Virus record (IMG/VR): IMGVR_UViG_3300049012_000071
Span: 37,653 to 101,652 of that record
Source: a virus
Taxonomy: Duplodnaviria > Caudoviricetes
Strand: one strand, 5' to 3'
Length of the DNA stretch: 64,000 nucleotides
Positions 48,367 through 59,134 of this stretch are shown here, in pieces; within the stretch, counting starts at the first letter, position 1; each line of letters opens with the position of its first letter. The notes beneath the pieces were generated by a model. That model saw nothing but the letters and a program-made list of their open reading frames with translations, was not told the DNA's origin and made no database searches. A program made the translations under genes and the position numbers.

Positions 48367-50784
48367 ATGGAAGTTAAAATCCGTGTCGGCGCTGCGCTTG
48401 ATGCGACGGCCGCGCTCAACAGCGCGAAGCGCGTTCGTCAGCAGCTCGAGGCGGAACTCGGCAAGCCGCTGCGCGGAGCCGGCGGCGGTGTAGGTGGCGC
48501 GCGTCAGCCGGTTGACGAGGCAGCCAAGGCGGCCCGAGCGGCGCAGCGCGAGATCGCCAAGCAGGCAGCTGCGCGCAAGGCAGCCGAGGTCGAGGCGCGG
48601 CGGGAGATCGAGAAGACCGCGGCGACGCAGCGACGCGCCGACGAAGAGGCCGCCCAGCGCCGGGCACGCGATCAGCGCCAGGCGATGCGTGACGCCATGG
48701 ATGACGTCCGCGCACGGCGCGCGTCCATGGCGTTCCGGCGGCGCTTCGAGCGCCAGCAGGCGCATGCGGCGGAGCGAGAGAACCGCGAGGAACTGAGCTT
48801 CGGGCGCCGCACAAGCTACCGCGCGATCCAGCACATGGGCGGCGTGGCGCGTGCTGGTACGCAGGTTGCCAAGGACATCGCGCGCGGCGCCGGGGTGCAG
48901 ACGGACCTCGGGTCGCTCATCGGCGGCGCTGTCGAGTTCGAGAAGCGCGCCGTCGAACTCTCGAACCAGGGGTTCATGCCGGGCGCGAAGGGCCCCGCCG
49001 GCGTCCGACAGGACCCGCGCGCCCTCATGGCCGAGGCCAGCGCCATCGGCAACTTCGCCGCGTTTGATCCGGTGAAGGTGCTCCAGGGCCTCCAGGCGTT
49101 CGTTGCGAAGACTGGCGATCTCCAGGCCGGGCGCGACTCGCTCAAGGACATGGCCGAGCTCTCGCGCGCCACAGGTGCCGGACTCGAGGACATGGTGGAT
49201 GCGGCCGGCGACGTCGCGAACGCCCTCGGCGAGACCGACAACAAGGGCGCCAAGACCGCGGCCATCATGAGAGTCATCGCGGGGCAGGGGAAGATCGGCG
49301 CGGTCGAGATCAAGAACCTCGCCACGCAGATGGCGAAGCTCGGCACCTCGGCGACCGCGTTCGAGGGCGACCCGATGGAAAACCTGACCCTGATGGGCGC
49401 GCTCGTGCAGAAGAGCCGCGCCTCCGGCGGTTCCGCGAGCGCTACGCAGGCCGCTACGAGCGTCGCGAGCTTCGTGAATACGCTCCGCACTCCTGCGCGC
49501 ATGAAGGCGTTCGAGGCGGCCACCAAGAAGAAGGTCTACAACGAGGAAACCGGCATGTTCCGGAACCCGGAGGAGATCATCATCGATGCCCTCCAGGCGA
49601 CCAAGGGCGACCCGGCGAAGTTCAAGAAGATCTTCGCCAACGTGCAGGGCGCCCGCGCCGTCGAGGGCTTCGCGACGACGTACCGGCAGGCCGGCGGCGG
49701 CGACGCGGGCATTGCGGCAGTCCGCGCCGAGTTCGACAAGTTCAAGAAGATCGCCATGAGCCAGGGCGAGATCTCGGAGTCGTTCGCTCGTTCGATGAAC
49801 ACGGCCGAGGCGAAGGTCGCGCTCTTCAACAACAAGCTGGGCGAAGTGGGCGGCCGCCTTGCTGAGCGCGTGCTCCCTCAGATGGACCGCCTCGGCCCCG
49901 TGGCCATCGACGCGGTGGACGGACTTGGCAGGTTGACCGCGTGGGTCGCGGAGAACCCGCTCAAAGCGGCGTTCACCGCGCTCGGCGTGAGTATCACGCG
50001 AGCAGCCGGAGAGGCCGTCATCCGCGCTGGCATCGAGAGCGCCATCAAGACTGGCTTCAACGCCGGAGGCGGCGCAGCGGCGGGAGGAACAGGACTCGTC
50101 GTGGGCGGCGGAGGCGCCCCTGGCAAGGCCGGGAAGTTCCTCGGGCCAGGCGGCGCGATCGGCGCGGCGGGCGCGGCGCTGGCGATCGCGGCCACGGCGG
50201 TGACCATCGAGCAGGTCGGCGAACTCGTCATCGACCGCGTGATGAACTCCACAGACGACGCGCGAGATAGAACACAGGACGCTCTCGCGTCGTCGTCGGC
50301 CGCGCGCGCCAACGCGGTGGTCTCCGCAGGCAAGCCCGGTGGCCCCGTCGACATCGCCAAGGGCGTGATGAGCGGCGTGGAGGGCATGGCCGCGCTGGGC
50401 CAGGCGGACCCGGAGGCAGTCAAGGCCCTCATGGCGGAGCAGGAAAAGCTCAAGTCGCGCGTCGATACCGCTGCGAACGCGGAGACCGGCGTCGGGTTCA
50501 CGTCCTCGCTCACGCAGGGGACCATTGGACGTGGCGTTTCCGCGTTCGCGAACTACGTCTCCGGAGGCGCGTACGGCACCAGCCTCGATGCGCAGTCGCA
50601 GATGGAGAGCGACAAGGAGCAGCTCGAGGCGCTTCGCGAGCAACTGGTGCGCAACAACGAGGTCCTCAACCGCCTCGTCGGCGGGGTCCTCAACGTCAAC
50701 GTCACCAACATGCCGCCGCCTGGCCCGCCGCCCGAGGCAGGAGGGGCGCGGCTTGGGCCATCTGGCGAGTTCTTCGGACCCTGA
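48367..50784 (+). CDS. tape measure protein
   Basis: 805 aa, Ala/Gly helical; GKIGAVEIKNLA. Confidence 0.88.
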   Translation: MEVKIRVGAALDATAALNSAKRVRQQLEAELGKPLRGAGGGVGGARQPVDEAAKAARAAQREIAKQAAARKAAEVEARREIEKTAATQRRADEEAAQRRARDQRQAMRDAMDDVRARRASMAFRRRFERQQAHAAERENREELSFGRRTSYRAIQHMGGVARAGTQVAKDIARGAGVQTDLGSLIGGAVEFEKRAVELSNQGFMPGAKGPAGVRQDPRALMAEASAIGNFAAFDPVKVLQGLQAFVAKTGDLQAGRDSLKDMAELSRATGAGLEDMVDAAGDVANALGETDNKGAKTAAIMRVIAGQGKIGAVEIKNLATQMAKLGTSATAFEGDPMENLTLMGALVQKSRASGGSASATQAATSVASFVNTLRTPARMKAFEAATKKKVYNEETGMFRNPEEIIIDALQATKGDPAKFKKIFANVQGARAVEGFATTYRQAGGGDAGIAAVRAEFDKFKKIAMSQGEISESFARSMNTAEAKVALFNNKLGEVGGRLAERVLPQMDRLGPVAIDAVDGLGRLTAWVAENPLKAAFTALGVSITRAAGEAVIRAGIESAIKTGFNAGGGAAAGGTGLVVGGGGAPGKAGKFLGPGGAIGAAGAALAIAATAVTIEQVGELVIDRVMNSTDDARDRTQDALASSSAARANAVVSAGKPGGPVDIAKGVMSGVEGMAALGQADPEAVKALMAEQEKLKSRVDTAANAETGVGFTSSLTQGTIGRGVSAFANYVSGGAYGTSLDAQSQMESDKEQLEALREQLVRNNEVLNRLVGGVLNVNVTNMPPPGPPPEAGGARLGPSGEFFGP

Positions 50785-50787
50785 GTC

Positions 50788-51777
50788 ATGCCCGCGTTCG
50801 ACAACCTCCAGCGCGCCTCGTTCGCCGGCATCGCGTTCCCGGTCGAGGAGATCACGATCGACGGCGGGCTTCGCGATCACGTGCACGAGTACCCGCACAG
50901 TCCTGGCGGCGCGCCGGAGAAGCTCGGACGCCGGCTCTACACCTTCCGGATGCGCGCGAAGTTCCACGCGACCTTCCGGGCGTACGGGTTCACCGACCTC
51001 TACCCGCGGGCGTGGAACCGTCTCAGGAACATCTGCGAGGCTGGGCGGACCGAGGACCTCGTGGTGCCCACGCTGGGCACGCTGAAGGCCTACGCCGTCA
51101 GCTGGCCGGAGACGGCCACGGCTAGGCAGCGCAGCGGCGTCACGGTCGAGTTCACGTTCCGCGAGGACGTCGACACCTACTTCATGAACGGCCTGCTGAG
51201 CATCTCCAGCGCGTCGATGGAGCAGGCACAGCAGCGGCTTGCATACATGGCCACCGTCTACGAGCAGACGCCGCCTGGGCAGGTGATACTCGAGGCGATC
51301 CCGACGGACCCGGTGAACGCGCCGCTCGTCCCGCCGCCGGACGCCGCGAAGCAGGAGGTGCTCGACCTTCTCGGTGCCATCGACGCGGCGTTCAACCTGC
51401 TCCTGAGCATCGACGACCAGGCCGACTTCTACGCGACGCTGGCCGAGATCAAGGTCAGCCGGGTCATCGACCTGTGCAAGGAGGTCGCGCGTCGCGCCGA
51501 ACTCCAGGATGCGCGCAGCGCGAGACTCCGGGAAGCGCTGCTCGGCGCGTGGTCCACGGCGGATGACCGCCGGCGAGACATCGAGAAGAAGCGCGAGCAG
51601 ATGATTCTCTACATCACGCCGATCGACATGAGCGTCACCGACGTGGCCAAGGCCGTGTACGGCGATGCGTCTCGCGCGATGGAGATCCTCAAGCTGAACG
51701 CGCTGCGGAACCCGTTCCTGATCCCGCGAGGCTCGGCGCTCAGGATGTACAAGCCCGGCGTCAAAGCCGCTGCCTGA
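50788..51777 (+). CDS. DNA circularisation protein-like (Mu gpN-like)
   Basis: LQRASFAGIAFPV...HEYP...EKLGR; C-terminal AVYGDASRA.EI..LN. Confidence 0.85.
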   Translation: MPAFDNLQRASFAGIAFPVEEITIDGGLRDHVHEYPHSPGGAPEKLGRRLYTFRMRAKFHATFRAYGFTDLYPRAWNRLRNICEAGRTEDLVVPTLGTLKAYAVSWPETATARQRSGVTVEFTFREDVDTYFMNGLLSISSASMEQAQQRLAYMATVYEQTPPGQVILEAIPTDPVNAPLVPPPDAAKQEVLDLLGAIDAAFNLLLSIDDQADFYATLAEIKVSRVIDLCKEVARRAELQDARSARLREALLGAWSTADDRRRDIEKKREQMILYITPIDMSVTDVAKAVYGDASRAMEILKLNALRNPFLIPRGSALRMYKPGVKAAA

Positions 51778-52946
51778 TGGCCACGTTCAGCTCCGACACG
51801 CGCGGCGGCATCGACGACCGCGTGCGCATCACGCTCGGCAACTCCGAGGCGCTGGTGGTCGAGCGGTACACGGTCAAGCAGTCGTTCCTGACGCAGCCGT
51901 CGACGTTCTCCCTGTCGCTCGGGCATGCGGGCGTCGTGCGAGAGCTGCTCCAGCGATTCCCGCCTGGTACGCCGTACACGCTCTCGATCGGGACGGTGCT
52001 CCAGCAGACGGGCCGCGTCGACGACCAGGATGCGACCGGGGACGCGAACGGCTCCTCGGTGACGCTCTCCGGGCGCGACGCGCTGGCCCCGCTCATTGAC
52101 GCGCGCATCACCGCGGACAAGAGCTACACGAACGCGACCTACGCCGACCTCGTGCAAACGGTGCTCCGTGAGTCGCTGGGCGCTGGCGCGACGCTGCTCT
52201 ACACGAACGAGCAGAACCGCTCGACGCAGGCGGGCACCACGATCGTGCAGTCGGACCTACCCATCGACCCGGTGGGCGTGCGGACGGCAGCCTCGAAGGA
52301 GCGCCCCCTACAAGCGAAGGTCGGCGAGCTCCGGTACAAGTTCCTCCGCGACCAGCTCGACCGCGCCGGCCTGTTTCTGACCGCCGCGGCCAACGGCGAC
52401 TTCATCCTCTCGGCGCCGAACGCCTCTCAGCCGCCTGTTGCGCGCATCGTGCGCGGACGCGGCGAGTCGCTCCGGGAGGGGAACGTGAAGTCGTTCCGGT
52501 ACCGGAACGCGACGTCGGGCCGGTACTCGCGCTGCACGGTCCATGGTCGCGGCGGAGGGGGCAAGGACGGCCGGCAGAACTTCACCGGCGAGTACGTCGA
52601 TCAGGAGATGGTCGGCTGGGGCTTCGACCGGCCCCTTTCTGCGCGCGATCCGAAGTGCGCGACGGCCTCGCAGGCCGAGACGATCACCCGCCGCAAGATC
52701 GCCGAGTCGAGGCGCTCCGGCTGGTCGCTGATCTACACGCTCGCAGGGCACACCACGCCTCGGATCGGCGGCCGGGACCGCGTGGTCTGGGCCGTAGACA
52801 CGGTGGTGGAGGTCGACGACCAAGAAATCGGCATCGCCGGCACGTTCTGGGTCGAGTCCGTCGAGTTCTCGCGGGGCCCAGAGACGAACACCACGATCAC
52901 GCTGATGCGCCCGGATGACCTCGTGTTCGGCGGAGAGAGCGAATGA
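51777..52946 (+). CDS. baseplate hub protein (Mu gp44-like)
   Basis: LSGRD..APLID, RYS..TV.G, W.VD.VV.V.D. Confidence 0.8.
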   Translation: MATFSSDTRGGIDDRVRITLGNSEALVVERYTVKQSFLTQPSTFSLSLGHAGVVRELLQRFPPGTPYTLSIGTVLQQTGRVDDQDATGDANGSSVTLSGRDALAPLIDARITADKSYTNATYADLVQTVLRESLGAGATLLYTNEQNRSTQAGTTIVQSDLPIDPVGVRTAASKERPLQAKVGELRYKFLRDQLDRAGLFLTAAANGDFILSAPNASQPPVARIVRGRGESLREGNVKSFRYRNATSGRYSRCTVHGRGGGGKDGRQNFTGEYVDQEMVGWGFDRPLSARDPKCATASQAETITRRKIAESRRSGWSLIYTLAGHTTPRIGGRDRVVWAVDTVVEVDDQEIGIAGTFWVESVEFSRGPETNTTITLMRPDDLVFGGESE

Positions 52947-53503
52947 CCCCGATCCCGTTCGACCTCGGCATGAGCGCGTACACCGCGCGCGACGCGGACG
53001 GCTTCTACCGGATCCAGATCGCCGGGTTCACGAACGCCGGCTCTCAGCCACTCGAGGCGTACCACCCGGTCGGCTTCCTCGGGCGCCAGCGCGACCCGGA
53101 GGTGGACGCGGCCGGCGCGCCGAAGCTCGGGCCGACGACGCTCTACGGCTACGAGGGCAACCAGGGGCACGCGTTGCCGCTGAGCGACCCGCGGGCGATG
53201 GCACTGCTCCCCGAGGTGAAGCTGGGCGGTTCGATCCAGTACGCACACCTCGCGAGCGGCGTCGCCTACGCGCTCTTCGACGGCGACACCGGGGCATGGA
53301 CGCTTCGCGTCGGCAGCAACACCGCTGTCGTCGATGAGACCAGCATCGAGCTCGGCGGGGCGACCGCGAAGACGCTGGTCAACGCCGACCTCCTCACCTG
53401 GATCACGTCCGAGCTCATCGCGAAGCTCGCCGCGGCCCCCGGTGGGCCGATCACCGTGACTCCGCCGAGTAACGTCACCACCACCACCACGCGGGCCGCC
53501 TGA
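52943..53503 (+). CDS. baseplate spike protein (Mu gp45-like)
   Basis: P.GF..R, DPR; position. Confidence 0.7.
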   Translation: MTPIPFDLGMSAYTARDADGFYRIQIAGFTNAGSQPLEAYHPVGFLGRQRDPEVDAAGAPKLGPTTLYGYEGNQGHALPLSDPRAMALLPEVKLGGSIQYAHLASGVAYALFDGDTGAWTLRVGSNTAVVDETSIELGGATAKTLVNADLLTWITSELIAKLAAAPGGPITVTPPSNVTTTTTRAA

Positions 53504-53967
53504 TGGGCGCTGGCAGCTACGGGGCGGGCGTCGGGCCCGCAGGCCACGACCTGGCGACCTCGGCGTCCGGATCGCCCATCCTGCGCGGGCACGGGGCGAT
53601 CTGGTACGACGGTGCCGCGCGCGACTACCTCCTCGACGCGCAGGGCAACTACCGGACGGTTCACTTCGTCGACCAGAAGGTCGCGCTCGCGCTTGTGATC
53701 CGCGAGGGGGACGTGGCCGGCGTCCCAACGCTCGGCTCGCGGCTCGCGCTGCTCAAGCGCGGCAGCCGGACGCGGCTCCAGGCTGCCGCCGAGGACGCGG
53801 TGCGCCTCGCGCTCGCCCAGATGCTGGCCGACGGCGAGGTGGAGCTCGGGCGCGTCGACGTGGCCAGCCCAGCCCGCGGGAAGCTCCTCGTGACCGTCTA
53901 CTACAAGAACCTCCTGCTGATCGATGAGACGCAGCGCCAGGTGCGCAGCGTGGAGATCGCTGCCTGA
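53503..53967 (+). CDS. baseplate wedge protein (gp46/gp25-like)
   Basis: LGSRL.LL...AEDAVR.AL. Confidence 0.7.
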   Translation: MGAGSYGAGVGPAGHDLATSASGSPILRGHGAIWYDGAARDYLLDAQGNYRTVHFVDQKVALALVIREGDVAGVPTLGSRLALLKRGSRTRLQAAAEDAVRLALAQMLADGEVELGRVDVASPARGKLLVTVYYKNLLLIDETQRQVRSVEIAA

Positions 53968-55472
53968 TGGCGAACGACCAGCTGCCGGGGACGATGCTGC
54001 TCTACACGCGAGAGCAGCACGTCCAGAAGTACCTACGCGACTACCGCCTGGTGGACCCCGCCGCGGAGACGGGGCCGGGCACGCAGCCGTACAACGACGC
54101 GTCGGCGCTCGCCGATCAGCTCGTCGTCGTCGGCCACAACGCCCAGGTCATCGCGAACGGCACCACGGACGCGAACAGCGCGGGAGAGTGGCTCGAGGCG
54201 CGCGGCGAGGCGATCGGCGTCGAGTGGGGCGAGGCCACCGGCGCGAGCGGGTTCGTCCAGGTGCGCACATCGAGCGGCGGCGGCTTCATCGACGAGGACG
54301 TCGAGATCCGCCACAAGGCATCGCGGCTCCGGTTCAAGTGCGCGGTCGCCGACACATACGTGGACGGGGACATCGTGCCGGTCATCGGCATCGACACCGG
54401 CCCCGAGACGAACCTGGACCCCGGCGAGGCGATGGAGTGGCCGAACCCTCCGGTGGGCATCTACCCGACGGCCGAGGTGTTCGAGGCTTCGGACGGATCC
54501 GGGCTCACGGGCGGGCGAGCGAAGCAGACCGAGGAGGAGTACCGCGAGGATCTCCGGCAGCAGCGAGCGAACCCGCCGGCGAGCGGCAACGACGCCGAGT
54601 ACGTCAAGGCCGTCAAGAAGATGCCTGGGATCGGCATCCAGCAGGTGTTCACGGTTCCTGCGATCCGTGGGCCCGGCACGACCGGAATCATGTTCACGCT
54701 GCGACCCGCGCGCCCAGGGGCAACGCGGATCCCGAACGCGGCGCAGCTCGCGCTCGTCGAGTCGAACCTGCACATGCAGTTCCCGGCCGACGACGGCATC
54801 TTCATGTGTGAGCTCCTCGAGCAGGAGGTCACGGTGGTGCTCCGCGTCCGCTGGTCCGGGAGCGCCGCTGGCTTCGTCGACGTGGTGCCATGGCCGACGT
54901 ACGTAACGCCGACGGTTCGCGTGAAGTCGAGCCCGACGCCCACCGCGACCACGTTCACGCTCTACACCACCGCGTCTTCGCCGCCGAACCCGGCCATCGG
55001 GCAGACGATCGCGTTCTTCAACCAGCCCACGGGGCGCTTCGTGCGGAAGCGGATACTGAGCGTCTCCACGTCGCTCGTGAGCGGCGAGACCCGCTGGGCG
55101 ATCGTGTGCGATACGACCAACAACGCGAGCGACACGAGCTACACGCCGGCCGCGGAGCAGCTGGCCTCGCCGTGGAGCGACTCGTTGAACACCGTGGGCC
55201 CGTCGGTGATCACGCACTTCGACGGGCTCGGCCCAGGTGAGCAGGTCTCCACGTTCTACGATGCAGGTCGTCGGCAGAAGCGGCAGCCGGAGAGCCCGGG
55301 GGAGTGGCCGAGCCAGGTCACGAACCGTCTCGTCGCGCCGATCTTCTCCCTCAGCGCTGTGGCCGACGTCGTGCTCTCCGAGCCGACCGTCCCTTACTCC
55401 ACCACCGTGGGAACCCCAGGCGTCGAGTCGTACCTGCTCACGCTGGGCGACCTCGCGATCCTGAAGCAATAG
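53967..55472 (+). CDS. baseplate J-like protein (Mu gp47-like)
   Basis: GEWLE..G, LTGG...TEEEYR, PPASGN..EY, RGPGT. Confidence 0.88.
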   Translation: MANDQLPGTMLLYTREQHVQKYLRDYRLVDPAAETGPGTQPYNDASALADQLVVVGHNAQVIANGTTDANSAGEWLEARGEAIGVEWGEATGASGFVQVRTSSGGGFIDEDVEIRHKASRLRFKCAVADTYVDGDIVPVIGIDTGPETNLDPGEAMEWPNPPVGIYPTAEVFEASDGSGLTGGRAKQTEEEYREDLRQQRANPPASGNDAEYVKAVKKMPGIGIQQVFTVPAIRGPGTTGIMFTLRPARPGATRIPNAAQLALVESNLHMQFPADDGIFMCELLEQEVTVVLRVRWSGSAAGFVDVVPWPTYVTPTVRVKSSPTPTATTFTLYTTASSPPNPAIGQTIAFFNQPTGRFVRKRILSVSTSLVSGETRWAIVCDTTNNASDTSYTPAAEQLASPWSDSLNTVGPSVITHFDGLGPGEQVSTFYDAGRRQKRQPESPGEWPSQVTNRLVAPIFSLSAVADVVLSEPTVPYSTTVGTPGVESYLLTLGDLAILKQ

Positions 55473-55475
55473 GCC

Positions 55476-55973
55476 ATGACCGACGCACTCGCAGAACTGT
55501 CCTGGAAGCTGGAGTCCGGAGACGGTGGCCCGCGTCGTCCGTCGCTCGCTGACGTCGGCGGGGCGACGCTCGAGGACGACACCGAGTTCCCGCCCAACCC
55601 GGCGAAGCACCCATACGCCGACCAGCTCAACCAGTGGGCGATGCAGATCGAGGCGGTTGGGCGCACCGTCGAATCGCTGGTGCTCTCGGTCGAGATCTCA
55701 GGAGGCACGCCGGCTCTCGTGGCGTTCACCTGCCCCCGTGACGACATGGAGATCGACGATTTTACGGTGACCGACAACGGCACGGGCGACACCACGATCA
55801 CCTGGCCCGCGGACACGTTCCCGCCGGAGCTCACGCGGCCTGAGCTCACCATCAACCAGGACGTCGGCGGCATCGTCGGCGGCACGGCCGTGTCGGTGAC
55901 CAACGGTGTGCGCGTGCGGACCTACGATGGCTCCGGGGCAGAAGACCTCCACTTCACCGTGACGCGCCGCTGA
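55476..55973 (+). CDS. baseplate/tail protein
   Basis: Coupled late gene. Confidence 0.6.
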   Translation: MTDALAELSWKLESGDGGPRRPSLADVGGATLEDDTEFPPNPAKHPYADQLNQWAMQIEAVGRTVESLVLSVEISGGTPALVAFTCPRDDMEIDDFTVTDNGTGDTTITWPADTFPPELTRPELTINQDVGGIVGGTAVSVTNGVRVRTYDGSGAEDLHFTVTRR

Positions 55974-56932
55974 TGCCGCTCCTCTCCAGGTTCACGCCAT
56001 GCGGCTTTCTCGCGCTGTCGAGCCGCCCGTCGCACGCGGAGACCATCTTCCGCGCGATGGTGCGCTCCCAGGGCGACGCGTACGCCAGCGGCGGGCCGCA
56101 CGAGGCGAAGATCTACGCGCAGGCGATGGGCCTCGCACGGGTGCAGTACGCGCTCGAGCGCGCTGGTAACCAGCAGTTCGCCGATCGCGCCACCGACTTC
56201 TTCGACATCCTGGAGCACGAGCACGGTCTCGTTCCTCGCGCCGACGACACGATGGCGGAGCGGACCGCTGAGCTGTCCGCGAGGATGCTGCTCCCCGGCG
56301 GGGCGTCGCAGTCGAACGTCGAGCGCGCCCTGACCGAACTCCTCGGCGAGGACTTCGTGGCGTACAGGCCGACGACCACCGACGAGATGGTCCTCTACCC
56401 GGAGAACATCGGCGAGTCGCCGATGAACCTCCAGGCTCCGAACGTCGTTCGGAAGCGCCTGATCATCACCGGCGCTATCTCCACCGGGCTCGGGGCGCCG
56501 CAGCAGGTGCAGTACCTGGAGACGCGGACAGAGGCCGAGGACACGGCGCTCCTGGCCGCCGAGGAGGACGTCCTCGTCGTCGGACCAGGGACGGCCACCG
56601 AGGAGCGCGTGACCGTCACGGCGATCTCCACTGTCGGCGACGACCATTCCCTCACGGCCACATTCGAGCAGCCGCACCCGCCCGACACACTGGCCATCAC
56701 GGCGCCCTACCCGATGTGGACCTCGACGAAGCGGCACTCGCTCATCGTGCTCGCCGCAGATGCCGCCGCCGACGCCGAGACGCGGCGGAAGGTGCACGAC
56801 CTCATGCGCAGGATCGCGCGCGGCGTGAGCACCTGGGACATCGTCGGGGAGTCGGACCCAGGCGAGACGGGCCCGTTTCTCCTGGACGAGTCGCTGATGG
56901 ATCAAACGCCGTTTGACACGGTGGAGTTGTAA
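55973..56932 (+). CDS. baseplate wedge protein (Mu gp48-like)
   Basis: RAT..F...EHEHGL.P...ER. Confidence 0.6.
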   Translation: MPLLSRFTPCGFLALSSRPSHAETIFRAMVRSQGDAYASGGPHEAKIYAQAMGLARVQYALERAGNQQFADRATDFFDILEHEHGLVPRADDTMAERTAELSARMLLPGGASQSNVERALTELLGEDFVAYRPTTTDEMVLYPENIGESPMNLQAPNVVRKRLIITGAISTGLGAPQQVQYLETRTEAEDTALLAAEEDVLVVGPGTATEERVTVTAISTVGDDHSLTATFEQPHPPDTLAITAPYPMWTSTKRHSLIVLAADAAADAETRRKVHDLMRRIARGVSTWDIVGESDPGETGPFLLDESLMDQTPFDTVEL

Positions 56933-57813
56933 TGGCGAACTTCGTAACGATCCGCCCCGGAGCTGTCTGGGCGGGCAACAGCGCGCTTCTATCGTCCGAG
57001 ATGGCCGCGATGGACGAGCGCTGGCCGAAGCTCATCAACGCGACCGACGGCAGCACGCACGCGCCAGCGAACCCGATCATCATCGGCGGGGCCGGCGTCA
57101 ACGTTACGGGCCCGCTCGACGTCGACGGCGACCTCGACCAGGACGCCGGCAGCGAATGGTCGATGAACGGGGCGGTGGAGTTTGAGGATGGCTCCACGCT
57201 CAGCATGGAGGTCAACTCCACGCAGGTCTTCGAGACCGGCAGCCTACTACAGATCAACCCGAGCGCCGACGTCAACATCTTCGGTAACGCTACGTGGCAG
57301 GACAACAGATGGCCGCTGGTGACTAGCCGAACCGTGAAGCGGTGCACGTGGCGCCTCGCTTCTGTGACGTACGACGGCACCGCCCCTGCATCACCTCGAG
57401 CGTGGCTGGAGACGACCCTAGATGGTCCGGCCATCAAGACGAGCGCAGAGACGACGGCGAACTACTTCTTCGTAGAACTGCTGGACCTGCCGGACGGCGG
57501 CACGCTCGACAGCGTGACCATCAGGACGCAGGGGGTAGACGGCAACAGCAGCCTGACTCTCCCGGAGTACACGCTTTTCCGATGGGGGATGGGAGCCACG
57601 CCGGTAGATCTCGGCAGCGCCAATGACGCGCACAACCCGTTGTCTTGGACCGCAGAGGCGAATACTACGCTCACGCCAGACGCGCCGGTTACAATCGACA
57701 CCCAGTATCACTACGGTATTCAGGTGAGAGCGCCGTACCACGCCAGCGTGGCAGCGTCGATGTACGCGATGGACTTTCAGTCGTCGATTACCATCGAGCA
57801 GCTTCGAGGCTAG
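56932..57813 (+). CDS. tail fibre/receptor-binding-like protein
   Basis: Position; beta-rich; lower-GC 3' half. Confidence 0.55.
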   Translation: MANFVTIRPGAVWAGNSALLSSEMAAMDERWPKLINATDGSTHAPANPIIIGGAGVNVTGPLDVDGDLDQDAGSEWSMNGAVEFEDGSTLSMEVNSTQVFETGSLLQINPSADVNIFGNATWQDNRWPLVTSRTVKRCTWRLASVTYDGTAPASPRAWLETTLDGPAIKTSAETTANYFFVELLDLPDGGTLDSVTIRTQGVDGNSSLTLPEYTLFRWGMGATPVDLGSANDAHNPLSWTAEANTTLTPDAPVTIDTQYHYGIQVRAPYHASVAASMYAMDFQSSITIEQLRG

Positions 57814-58277
57814 TCTTCGCACACGGCTAGCGGGGAATGGATGATGCCCAAATTGGGGTCGCAATAGTCGTTGGTGCACGGGTCCCCGTCGTCGATCTCG
57901 TCTTCCGCGTGCCTCGGCTCGCCGTTTTCGCAGTAGTCGGACGTGCAGGCATTCCTGTCGTCCAACGGCTCAGGCTCACTAGTGACGACGCAGGACCCGT
58001 CGCCGGCGCAGGTCTCTAGGCCGTTGCACGGGTTGCCGTCGTCGCACTCGCACGGAGGCGGACCACTGCCTCCGGCACCACCATCGCCACCCGTCGCATC
58101 GGCGCCGCCTTGCCCTGGTCCGGCACCTCCATCGCCGCCCCAGGTCGTCGAACTGCCAGCAGCCCCGCCGGCGCCCTCTGCGAGTTCCAGCGGAGGGCAG
58201 TCCTCGCAGAACAGCGCCTCCTCGTCCGTCGGAGCGCATGGGCCGAGGAACAGGATGATGAAGAGCAAGGCGGCCAT
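57810..58277 (-). CDS. secreted Gly-linker, Cys-rich protein (CDDGNPC repeats), moron
   Basis: Hydrophobic N-terminus, GGAGG linker, CDDGNPCNG/DDRNACT/DDGDPCT. Confidence 0.75.
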   Translation of the reverse strand: MAALLFIILFLGPCAPTDEEALFCEDCPPLELAEGAGGAAGSSTTWGGDGGAGPGQGGADATGGDGGAGGSGPPPCECDDGNPCNGLETCAGDGSCVVTSEPEPLDDRNACTSDYCENGEPRHAEDEIDDGDPCTNDYCDPNLGIIHSPLAVCED

Positions 58278-58354
58278 CAGACCTCAGTGCCGCATGGTAC
58301 GCACGGGCGGACGGGGCCGCTACGCTGTACGCGCGTTGCGTGGGTCGATGTGCG

Positions 58355-59134
58355 CTACTGGATGCGCCGCCCGGTGGACCTGACCGCGAGATCGCCGGAT
58401 CGGTTGGCCTCCGGGCCCAGGCCCAGGCGCGACGCGACCTTGTTGACGAAGCACACGTTGTCGGCGGCGCCGCACTTGAAGAGCCGCTTCGTGCACTCGA
58501 TGGCGTTCACCCGGGCGTAGCTTGCCCCGTGGATGGCGCCGTACCGTTCGGACGCATCGGTCGGTCGAGAGTCGCACGCCTTCGCTGCCGCGCTGCACGC
58601 GTCTGGGAGCGCCTTGCGGCGCATTGCCGGCACGAGGGCCGCGCGGTTCTTCTCCAGCCAGGCCACCAGGTCGCTGTGGAGCCGTTCCTGCCCGTCGGCG
58701 TAGAAGCGGTGGGCGTCCTCGATCTCGTGACCGCATGTGCTCGTGGCGGATGCACCGGGCGGCATGCGGGCCCGTAAGCCATGGACCTCAGCCAGGACGC
58801 CCTTCTCGCAGGCCAATAGCGCATCGAAGCCAACCGTCTCGTCGTGGCACTTCGCCCAGCGCCAGTCGGCCGCCGCGACAGCCTGCCCGAGGTCGTAGTA
58901 GGCGCGGAGCATCCGGACCGCGTCGTCCGCCTCAGCATCTTCGGCGCGGCCAGCACGCTCCGCCGCAGCTGCCGCCACGTCACGCGGCGGACTGGCCGGC
59001 GGTGGGCTGCTCGGACGCTCCAGCGCGACACCGACGCCGGCGACGACGACCACCCCCGCGATGATGAGGCAGCCGAGCCCGCGGCCCGTGAGGCCTCGCT
59101 TCTCCGCCGGCGCCGACGCCCCCGCATTGCTCAT
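58355..59134 (-). CDS. membrane-anchored Cys-containing protein, leaderless moron
   Basis: TM GCLIIAGVVVVAGVGVAL, Pro linker; TACCCT-N6-ATG. Confidence 0.65.
   Translation of the reverse strand: MSNAGASAPAEKRGLTGRGLGCLIIAGVVVVAGVGVALERPSSPPPASPPRDVAAAAAERAGRAEDAEADDAVRMLRAYYDLGQAVAAADWRWAKCHDETVGFDALLACEKGVLAEVHGLRARMPPGASATSTCGHEIEDAHRFYADGQERLHSDLVAWLEKNRAALVPAMRRKALPDACSAAAKACDSRPTDASERYGAIHGASYARVNAIECTKRLFKCGAADNVCFVNKVASRLGLGPEANRSGDLAVRSTGRRIQ

Noticed and set aside
48133-50967. Long reverse-strand ORFs (also 4183-6375, 2159-3715, 54033-55610, 42999-44504)
   Set aside because: Shadow ORFs of high-GC genes whose + frames carry recognisable motifs
36727-56932. Transposable Mu-like phage or tailocin/eCIS
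   Set aside because: No MuA/MuB in the window; capsid, portal, terminase and integrase indicate an integrating phage
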